Both the position numbers and the translations under genes were made by a program. A stretch of DNA of 64,000 nt from the human T2T-CHM13v2.0 reference genome, Homo sapiens, in assembly GCF_009914755.1 (NCBI RefSeq), contig NC_060933.1, one strand, 5' to 3'. Below the pieces are notes generated by a model. That model was not told where the DNA came from and made no database searches. It saw only the letters and a program-made list of their open reading frames with translations. Positions 41,847 to 52,280 of this stretch are shown here, one piece after another (position 1 is the first letter of the stretch; each line of letters opens with the position of its first letter).

Positions 41847-41880
41847 GTCTGGTTTTGTTTTGTTTTGGAGACAGAGTCTC
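41847..41880 (-). mobile_element. Alu 3' tail fragment, inverted
   Basis: ggttttgttttgttttggagacagagtctc is the complement of an Alu 3' end plus tail. Confidence 0.85.
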
Positions 41881-42265
41881 TATGCAGCCATAAAAAATGA
41901 TGAGTTCATGTCCTTTGTAGGGACATGGATGAAGCTGGAAACCATCATTCTCAGCAAACTATCGCCAGGACGAAAAACCAAACACCACATGTTCTCACTC
42001 ATAGGTGAGAATTGAACAATGAGAACACTTGGACACAGGAAGGGGAACATCACACACCGGGGCCTGTTGTGGGTAGGGGAGGGGGGAGAGATAGCATTAG
42101 GAGATATACCTAATGTAAATGATGAATTAATGAGTGCAGCACACCAACATGGCACATGTATATATATGTAACAAACCTGCACATTGTGCACATGTACCCT
42201 AAAGTAAAATAAAAATATACATAAAAAAAATAAAATCTTTGATGTGAAAAAAAAAAAGAAAAAAG
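41880..42265 (+). mobile_element. 5'-truncated L1PA (L1PA4/5-like) 3' end with double A-tail
   Basis: ctatgcagccataaaaaatgatgagttcatg...gtaacaaacctgcacattgtgcacatgtaccct, followed by A tracts. Confidence 0.93.
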
Positions 42266-43845
42266 AAAATGATGCTAATCTGCTACTGTATGGAAGAGTT
42301 GCAGAATTACTATCCCAGAAGTAGAGGCTGTGCTGGTTCCAGAGAATGGTTTATAGTGGGGCAGAGGGTAAAGGCTGTGCTTCAATGCTGTGGCTAAAGC
42401 AATGGATAGGAAAATGGATGAGGATGCCAAAAATTGCCTCTCTGTGCTAGAGTTTAGCTACTTTGCCTCCCCCATCACTCTCTACCTTTTCGTATAAGAT
42501 GCAGTTTTAGATCCTGATACAGCTCAGCTTTTGCTTTTTTCCTACAGATCAGGAAATGTGGGTTTCTAGTCCTGGCTTTCACACTAACCAGCTGTGTGGC
42601 CTTGGATTAGTCATTCTGGGGCTGAAATAAGAACTTTAGTCTTCTTAAGCCCTGAAAAGATTATGATTTCCCTTTACTGCCTTATATGTACTTCAAAATA
42701 CAAACAACTTTAAGCCATAGATATCTAAAGATGTCCTACCAAGTTCTGATTTTTTTTCATAACTTTGATACCTTTAAACAAATCAACATTTAAAAATATA
42801 TTTTCTTCATTTTAGTTTGCCTGTTTTGTTAATGCTCAATCTAAGCACATGTTTAGTTTAATTTTTGGATAATCAGGCAGTGGTCAGTTCCACTTTCCTC
42901 ATCTATGAAATAAAGGTGTCAGACAGGAAGAACTCTAAGATATCCCCCAGCTTAAGTTTCTGTAATTTCATGACCTCAAATGTATTTTCTATCTACCTTT
43001 ATTCACCATCTTATCTTGGCATTGGTGATTTCCAAATATGAATGGAAAAACATGTTACATTTCCATATCCCCTCAGTTCCACATACCTGCTAAAAACTAT
43101 ATCTAAACTTCGGTGAGTATCTAGGACATCTGAGTCAAAACAAAAGGATAACTGTGTCTTTTTTTTTTTATGTCTGTCTAAATCTTACGAAGGCTATATT
43201 TCTATAATAAGATACGATCATCAGCAAAGTCCTTGACTTACTGGCAGAAACCATTTTGGAAAAAGATAAAAGTTATGACTGATGTAGAATACCTGCCAAT
43301 AACTTAGGGTGTCGAAATTTCCCTTAACCCATCTAGGATTTAGCTTTCCTGTTAATTTCTTCATTTGTCCATTCCTTCGTTTACTCGTGGTTTACCTACC
43401 TTTCATATTTCATAAGGTAAGTCTACCTGTAATATTATATGAAATTGCTCATGAACAGTTCTCACATCTATGTCTTGACAACTCTTTTGCCACTGCCTTT
43501 TGACTTTTCACCTCTGTCCTAAATGGCTATAGTGCCTTGGTTCCCGTGCATACTCTGAGACTCTGAAAGGGTGGCAGCAGGGGCTGAAGCTCTCTACAAG
43601 CCTGGCTGGGATCTGCCTTTCAGATGGGAGCTGCTCATTATTTGCTGGAAGGTTTATAGAACAGATGTTACAAGGCAGACAAGCAAGCACACACTCCCAG
43701 AGCACGCTGCGCCTGGCACGCACACACTCGCCAATACCAATATCAGGAGAGCCGCTGCTGGGGTGATGGAGGGAGTGTGCTCTGAGGGGCAAGGGCTGCT
43801 CCGAAGCCCTGCTAATGTCTCTGTGTGGCCATGCTGTATTTTCAG

Positions 43846-44034
43846 CTTGTCATCATGGCTGGGACAGTGCTGCTTGCCTACTACTTCGAATGCACTGACA
43901 CTTTTCAGGTGCATATCCAAGGATTCTTCTGTCAGGACGGAGACTTAATGAAGCCTTACCCAGGGACAGAGGAAGAAAGCTTCATCACCCCTCTGGTGCT
44001 CTATTGTGTGCTGGCTGCCACCCCAACTGCTATT
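43846..44034 (+). CDS. PLPPR1: Internal coding exon of PLPPR1 (approx. residues 22-84; TM1 remainder, first extracellular loop, start of TM2)
   Basis: Translates to LVIMAGTVLLAYYFECTDTFQVHIQGFFCQDGDLMKPYPGTEEESFITPLVLYCVLAATPTAI, matching PLPPR1 as I recall it, including the LPP-family GFFCxD..xKPYP motif. Acceptor tattttcag ends at 43845, branch-like ctaat at 43812-43816, donor gtaagt at 44035-44040. 189 bp, phase 0/0. Confidence 0.97.
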
Positions 44035-45129
44035 GTAAGTACAGAAATAGACTTTCCTCTTTATTGTCAGATACCCAAGAATATTTTCTGTCTGCTTTTT
44101 CTCCTCTTTCTTCTCTTCCTGAGCATTCACCAGCAGTTTTATCAGTGGCATCCTATTTCAGCCAAAACAGAGTGAATGGAGCTCTGCAGAAAAACTCATT
44201 AACATAGGTCTTGTCTTGTATGGGTGGCTTTTGTTTTTCGGTATCTGAATTTTAAAAAGATGTTTTTTTTTAAAAAGCATGTGAGAATGTTATAAATCAA
44301 CAGGTATGATTGGCTAATGTGTTAAGAACAGCTATTGTCCTCTTGAAAAAATATGCTATGAGTTGCAAGTATTCACAAGAGATTCTGAATGTAAGTGCTG
44401 GCACTGATATAATGGCTGAGATTAGAGTAGAATAGAATCCCTCAGGCCGATATTTCCTGCTGTTCTCATTGAACTTCCGTAGACACCAGAGATGAGAGAA
44501 ATTGCTTAACCTGAAGTTTGCTGTGATTCATTCTTGATGGCTCTGGCTCTGTTCACATTACATCACATTAAATTAAGTTGCAACTTTACCTTCATATATT
44601 TCATTTTCCCTTTCATGAGGCAAAAAATGGGCCACACAGTCCTCTACAGAGATTGCTTAACAGCATAAAGTTTGCAGATCTGTGTTACCTGGTCAAGTGA
44701 TTTAACACTTAGACATTTTAATTTTTATTTTTTAAAATGATATTTGGGGGAGTTTTAAATTAAGTGTTTCTGCCTAAATATGCCATAAGGTCAGATTAGT
44801 CAGGATGTGATCTTAGTTCCCATTCCCCTCCTTCTCTTCTAACAGCTGACTCCCTGAACGCTCCCTCCTCCCCTACCTGCCCTCTATTCGGCAGTAATAA
44901 AAATACTGACTGGCATGCCGAGGAATATAGCAATTGCTTAGATATTCAGTTCGAATATTAGTTTTTTGTGCCAATGTTTTGCTTGCTTTCAGATGAGAAA
45001 TGGAATAGAATTTTGAAGATAAATAATATGGGCATAATAAATTCATTTGGCTCATTGACCCCAGGCTCTACAAAGCTCTCCCTTAAATGATAGGACTGTG
45101 CTGTAAGGACTAAGATCAGCATTGATGAG

Positions 45130-45330
45130 CCACAACATGATGTATCAGAAGGACTAAGAAACAAGCTTTGCTGCCTAACACACCTGGATTCACATCCTGA
45201 CTTTGGGCAAGTCACCTCACTGTTCCCTCCCATACAAAATAAGGACAACTGAATGCTTACCTCATGCGTTGCTGTGGGGCTTAGAAATGACTTAGCGCAG
45301 TGCCTGGCATTTACGAAGTGTTCAGGAACA
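45130..45330 (+). mobile_element. MIR
   Basis: acctggattcacatcctgactttgggcaagtcacctcac...cagtgcctggca. Confidence 0.75.
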
Positions 45331-45859
45331 GGGAAACAAAAAACCTGGCTGGAACTGCTCTTTGCCCTCTTTGGAATCACAGACCAACTTCCTACTTCTG
45401 AAAGGAATGAAATTCCACTGAGAACCCTCATTAAGACCTCTTCTCTCCAATTCTAGAGTGAAGGGAGATATGCCCATTCCTCAGAGGAAGGGTAATCTCT
45501 GTATGTCTCTTACCAGCCTACAGAATAAGAGAAAGCATACAGGACACCTTTCCATGTACCTCACAATGTGACACACTCCACACCCCACGTAAAACTAGGA
45601 GGCCAGACTCGGTTCTGTCTGGTATGGTTTCATGGTGGCTCTACCTGGAGGCTGTGGGCTCAGTCTAGAATTGGGTCCTGGTTTCTTCCTGTCTCATAAG
45701 CATATCGCTTTCCTGTGTATTCAGACAGGCATCCCTGAGTGATCCATTGACTTACTGACATATTTCCTCTCTTCTTCCCAGTCTCAGGAAATTTCATTTA
45801 TCGTTGCCTAGGTTCTCCTTTAGTTACTTTTTATAATTATAGAGATTGTTTTACATTTT

Positions 45860-47760
45860 AAAAAAATATAAAAAAGGGAAGGAAATGGATTAATAAAAAT
45901 TGTGGCAGAAAGTTAGTCAGAAAATAGAATTAATAAATTAAATGTACATCTGCCTGGCTAGTCTATAATAGAAAGTCAGACATACAAATACAGTTAAGAA
46001 AACATATACTTAAAAATGAAAATATAAACTTAAGACTTATTTAAGTTGTATATACAATTCTGTGCCAATAAATGCTTACATCTCAATAAAATTGAAAACT
46101 CTATGAAGATATTTACTAGTGATGCCTTATATCAAATTTTTTAAAAGATGTAGCAAAGCTGAATATATGAATGCCAACAGAATAAAATTTTAAACATGCC
46201 AAAATATTTCTCAAAAAATAGTACTCAGGACACACAGCTGTGGAATAATTTTCCTCAAACATTTGAGGAATAAGAAATCTCAAACAATATAAAATGTTTC
46301 AAGGCCTTTTCATAAATGAAAAACTTTTCCGTGCATATTACAAACAAGAAAAATATGTATGTAAAGCGCTTAGAAAGTGAGTCCACATAAATACCCACAA
46401 AAGCACTCTGAATAGTAACAATAACTCACTTAGCAGTGTTGATGCAAGCATATAAAAACAAACTGGTAGATTTGCCTACCTAAGAATAAAAATTTCCATC
46501 AGAAGTAAAGACTGCAAAAAAGTTTGCCACATAGGAGACTCAAATGTAAATACCCTTAATACTTAAAAAGATGAGCTTCCCAAAATCAAAATGAGAGAGG
46601 ACAAGAATAGACAACTAACAACCAGCAATCAATAGACTGTGTGCATATAAGTATTTCTAAATTCATCACTAACCAAAGAAAAATCATTTTTTAAAGGATA
46701 CAGCATTTTTCTCATATAAAATTGGCAAATGTTTTCAAAGAACTTAGTCTATGTTTACAAAATGTAGAGACTTTCATGTAATTCTAGTCAAAGCATAAAC
46801 CAATATTTTCTTTCTGAAGAGCAGTTTGTTAAAGATGTATTAAGAGCTTAATAAACTTCAGACCCAGTCATTAATTACATTTTCTAGATTTATAAAAATA
46901 CAAAGATTTGTATATAGGGATGTTCATGTCAGTAATAGTTTTAATAATTAGAAACTAGGAACTAGCTAAATACACAATACCAGACTGGTTTAATACATTA
47001 TGTGCCAGCCATGTTTTTGAAACACCTTAAGTAATGATGGAACATGTTTGTAATTTAATATTAGGATTTTTTAAGGCCAAAAAATTGTATGCAGTATTGT
47101 GGGTAAGATCTTTTTCTCTTCTGTAAGAGAATCTGACCTCACAATTTTCTGCCTGTTTCCCCTAGAAAAAGATAATATGTATCAATTATGTCACCAGGTA
47201 AAATTGAGCCCTTATTGGTGAATTGCATCTGTTCTCAGATAACTGTTATGACCTGAGAGAGTGCTTCTGCTATGACTTCCAATAACAGTGACTCTGGTAA
47301 CTTGGCATATCTATTGTGGATCCCCGGAAACTATGCCTATGGAGTTGTTACACCATATATTGACTCCTACAGGGCATGTGGCTTTTCAGCCAGGGTAATT
47401 CCTGCATCCTCTGAAATGTATGTAGCCCCCATTCACCTGAGCTGTATTGTTCTGCTGGACCACTGCAAGGACATGTGCTAAAGATAAGCAGGCAATGCTA
47501 CCCTGCCGGCAAGCTGTGGTTTCTTCCAAGTGGACCAGCACCAAATGTAGTCTGTGGATCTGAATATTTAACATATCCTAAGAAGATACATTGTGGATGT
47601 TGCAAGTATAATCCCAAATTTATAATTATAAAAGGAATAGAAAGAAAGTAAACATTTTCAACTATTATTTCTGAATGGTAATGTTAGTTTTTGTTCTTCA
47701 TTTATACTTTTATATATTTCTTTCCAAATTCTACATGAATGTATATTGGTTTTAAACCAA
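45860..47760 (+). mobile_element. Ancient L1 (L1ME-type) fragments interrupted by a solo LTR
   Basis: A-rich decayed ORF2 and 3'UTR (gatgttcatgtcag...ctagctaaatac). Confidence 0.6.
47098..47604. mobile_element. Solo LTR, probably ERVL class; family not identified
   Basis: 507 bp with TG...CA ends and a perfect 5-bp TSD agtat (47093-47097 / 47605-47609). GC is higher than in the surrounding L1. Confidence 0.75.
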
Positions 47761-48749
47761 AGACATACCTCTAAAACAAATTATATAGTCCATTTCTTTT
47801 GGCAATAATTACAAAATGACCAAACTTTAATAAGACTTGAAAATGGCAATTCTAATAAAAACATACATCACCAAAACTTTACAAAGAATTTTCTCTCCTC
47901 TCAGAGTAAAAGTGATAGGTCTTCTTTATTTTAAGATTTTCAGCAGAAGCTCTTCTCCAGGCTACAGCTTTTGATCTTATCTCTTCCATTAATTCATTTT
48001 CCCCAAATGACACAAATTGAAATGTAGTACAACTGCTCCCATGGAAGTCAATGTGATTTGGTCAGTGGACAGAGCATTAAGCACCTACAGTTCTACTCTA
48101 GTTCTCGATTATGAAACCCCGATTCAGCTTTTTCATTCCTTTGATAATACTGACAAACCCCCCAAATATATTACATAAATGATGGTCACAAGAATAACAT
48201 CTTTTAATATACTTATATTCTGCAGACATGGCCTAATTTATCCTCAGAACAGCCAAAGAACATAGAGAAAGTGTGTGGTCCAATTTCTTTCATTTTGAGT
48301 TGAGACTGTTGAGACTCAAGTAGGTTAGATGATTTGCTGAAGGTTCCACCTGGTTCTGTACATGATTAGACAGCCACCCATTTGGTTCCACTTATTTTCC
48401 TCGCAAATGAGGGGCATTGGTAGGAACCAGGGCTGATTGCAGCTGATAGGTCAATGGCAAAGAGCAGCGTGGCCTTGCTACCCTGCTAATGGCGCTTGAT
48501 TTTCCCTCAAGACCTAAAAATACATGAGCAGCAGCAAGACAGAAAACAGAAGACCTTTTCTGATAATGCTCAGGGAAGTTTCATGGGAACAGTTTCCTGG
48601 GAACAAGGAGTTGCATTCACTTCTCCTGTCCTATCCTGGTGAGGTATGACCTGTTGCAGCTCCCAAGTGCCCACCTCAGCACACACTCCTGCTTCTGAGT
48701 ATGCATCCTCCACTCTCCTCACAATGCAGTCATCTTTTCCCAGGTTTAA

Positions 48750-48910
48750 TAAGACTAGAGAGGCAGGTCTCATGTCACAGCTTTGCCCCCAGTAACTGTG
48801 TGACCTCTGATAAGCCATGTTCCTTCTGTGGGTTCAGTTTCCTCATCTGTACCCAAAAGAAATGGTTAGGCTAAATGATCTCTAAGCACCTGCCAGTTCT
48901 CAGATTCCAT
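48750..48910 (+). mobile_element. MIR (MIRb/MIR3-like)
   Basis: ctgtgtgacctctgataag...cagtttcctcatctgta...atgatctctaag. Confidence 0.75.
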
Positions 48911-50523
48911 GAAAACTGAAAAATGAACATTCTCATCAGAAGCTAACATTTGGAGGCTTCCAAACTCCCAAATCATGACTCTCTTTCTGGAGTTTGATTT
49001 TGCACCTCTGTGCCGGATTAAGTGTTTCACAGAACTGCACAGTTGTTTATTCCTTCTTAAAACCATTTCCTGTTCTCTATGGAGTATAATGAAGCGTGAC
49101 GCCTCTTGGGTGATCTGTGAGACACTAACTAACATCAAATCTCAAAAGTGTAGCTCAATGTGGACTTGTCTGTCCTTGGTTTTCTGTGCTCCCTCAAGCA
49201 CATTGACCATGGAAGAACCTAGCACCCTGCACTGCTGCGCGTCTGCAGATGTGCACTAATGACCCCATTCACAATTGCAGGGATGCACAAGAAATGCTTG
49301 AGGGGAAAGACTCTGCTGTATATTCAACCTGTCATTTCCTATTTCTCCTTTTGTGCTTTGCTGTCAGAAAAGATCAGCATCATATTGAGACACGGCCACA
49401 TGGGATAAATCGCAAAAGGCCAAGGCCACTGCTGTCCCAGATCTTCAGGAAAGGTTAGAGCATGGGGGATTTACTGTGTCCCCGTTTAGCCCAAAGTGGC
49501 AGTCTATGCTTGAAAGAAATCTGCAGGGTATGTTCTGACCACCTGGAAACCCTGGCTAACTACTGCCTCAGGCCTTCTGAATAAACTCATACACTCAGAG
49601 TCAAAGGAAGAGAGCCTGTTTGGATAAGAGGATTTACTCAGCAGAGAATCTGATTTACCCTCATTTTATCTCAGCCCCAGCAGCACAAGGCATGAAAAAA
49701 ATGGCTATTAAACCTTTTTTCTTGGCTTCACAATGAAGTGACAGGGGAGTATTTAGTATTGAAGTAGCAGAACATGACTTCCAGCCCGAGGATTGAAATA
49801 GCTCACATTTTGTATGCAAGTGTGCGCGCATGCATTACAAGACTCATCTAGAATTTCCTAGGAAAGGAAGAGACAAACACAACTTGATAGAAAGGCACAA
49901 TTTGGAGAAAATTGTGAATCTTCATTTGGGGGTTTCTGGGCCGTAAGCTCTTCCAGCAAATGTAAAAACCCAGAGCACAGTGCAGATCACAAAGTGGGCT
50001 CTCAATAATGCAAGCCTGTTGGCTGGCTGACGAGGGGTGCAGCTGCCGAAGCAAAGGAGACATTGTAGGGTCTTGTACTTCCTCATAATCTGCCTTTTCC
50101 AGGCTCTGAACAACCTCATCTGTTGAAACTCTTTATAACATTTTATAATTCACATCTTTTTTCCCTTTTGTACATTATCACATGACTTCCTTTTTTAAAA
50201 AAAAATTCACAACATTTTCTTTGTTGCTAATATATTCAGTGTTTATAATTTACATTTTTCTGGAAAAAATTTCTAGATATGCCCATTAATTATTGTGGAT
50301 TTTTTAAAAAACTTAAATCCATTTTCTCATTTTCTGTCCATACTGCAGATGACTGCTCCAAATCTCCTTTAGAGATTGTTTTTCTCCTGACATCATGCCA
50401 CCAAGAGATATGCTTTCCATCTTCAATATACCCCTCCTAATAATTGATGACTAGATGATTATGTTAAGGAACTTGACAATTTGTTTCTTGGAGAGAATAT
50501 TGTTTGCCTAAAAATATGTGATT

Positions 50524-50579
50524 TTCAATGCATTTTACTTTTTACTCTATTTTTACTTCAATGCATTTTACTTTTTACT
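50524..50579. repeat. Perfect 23-bp direct repeat ttcaatgcattttactttttact with 10-bp spacer
   Basis: Copies at 50524-50546 and 50557-50579. Confidence 0.93.
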
Positions 50580-51569
50580 GAAAGTAGTATTTTAGCTAAC
50601 TCATTTAAAATTCCCATTTCTCTTGTATTCACTGTTCAGATAAAAAGATATAAGAGAACACTATGCTTTGGAAATATGATACCGCCCTGGTGCTCTATTT
50701 TATATCAAGTGCCACCTAAAGACACCTTCTGAACGGGTGGATGTGGCCTCTGGAGTAAGACCAGTAGAGAGGCTCCAGTTTACAAAAACACTTATTATCC
50801 CATTTACTGAACTCTTTTCAGAATCATCCAAACAGCCTTGGTTCCATTTAAGCCTTGAGCTTTGAAACGCATAGGAAGTGTCTAGAGCTGAATTGCATCA
50901 TTTACACCTAAGAGCTCTTGAACTAGCCAAAGTTCTGCAAGTAAGGGGACAGGAAGCTCTCTGCAGGTCTGGGGTTATCAATGTGACAGCACTCATCAGG
51001 AAAGATTAAAGTGGAGCATGGAGACATTGGCAGTTAGGGCTAGCAGCAGGGTCTATAGGTTGAAAATCTCCTGGGTAACTTTTAAACAAAATCTAAAACA
51101 AAAACCATTTCTGCCTTCTTGGAGATGTTTATTACTATTGAAGCCTCCCAGGGAGAATATTAGAAGTATCTAAAAATCCGTAAGACTGAGAGCCCTGAAA
51201 CTACTTAGAGACTAATATTGGGGAGTATATAAAGAACTCTCTCCTCTTCCTCAGAGTGTTAGAATATCTAGAGTGTGGGCAAAATCTGATCACCAGCCTC
51301 TGCTGTCCTTTAACAACCCAAAGTGACAGAGATATCAGCAAATGTGATGACTTGGGGTAGGCTGTGTCTACTTTGCTTTCAGGGAAGGTTACTTGGTAAG
51401 GGTGAAGGCCCATGGGATTGTAGAAGGAAATGATGGCTGAAGGAAGAAGCAATGCAAGAAATCACGCTGGCCTTGGAGAGCTTAACTGACTGAACTGCGA
51501 TTGAAGCCCAGTTACATGATTTCAGTTTCCCTTAACGAGCCCTCTCTTTTTGGCTCCTATCATAATGGC

Positions 51570-51990
51570 AAAGATGTTGGAGCTAAAAAAGCACCTTAGG
51601 GATCCTGTAGTAAAACTTCTTCATTTGACAGATGAGAAACTGACACCCAAAGAGGTCAAGCAACTAGTCCAAAATTAAACACCTGGTTAGGGCAGAGTCG
51701 AGCTAGAATTACACTATATTTCCTTACTCCAGGACTGGGCACAATGATTTCTTTCTCCTGTTTCAACACACATTCTTGCCTGGGTAGACCAGCAAGTACA
51801 AACAGAAAACATAGGACATATATATATGCTTTTACATTCACTTTTTAATCCTCTCAACAACTATGTAATACAGTCACTACTTTCATATTCAAATCATTAG
51901 AAAAAGAAAAACTGAACCTCAAAAAGTTTCCATTAGTTACCCAAAATCACACATCAATAAAGGAGAGAGCTGAGATTTCAACTCCAAAGC
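51570..51990 (-). mobile_element. Two MIR fragments
   Basis: catttgacagatgagaaactgacacccaaagagg; tttaatcctctcaacaac...cccaaaatcacac. Confidence 0.7.
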
Positions 51991-52280
51991 CCGCATTCAG
52001 GAAACAGCAAAAACTTTGATATCACCCAGTACTAGAGCCACAACTAGCATATGTATGACCACAAAATATGTATTCTGGGAATTCTAAATGCCCTTTTAAA
52101 TTGCAACCACATATAACATGCAGTGAAATTTCCTTAAAATACAAAATTATAATACATCTTTCAGTGACTAGTTTTTTCCACAGACTGTTTATATTCTGAA
52201 ATCTAAAAACTTCCTCTAAACTTTTTGTATTGATATCAGTTATTTATTGCGTACCACATGTTTTTTAAAATATTTGTGAA

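Noticed and set aside
44035-44175. Extension of the exon ORF into the intron with a hydrophobic stretch (FCLLFLLFLLFL)
   Set aside because: A consensus gtaagt donor lies at 44035 and the protein continues correctly at 60070. The hydrophobicity simply reflects a CT-rich intron.
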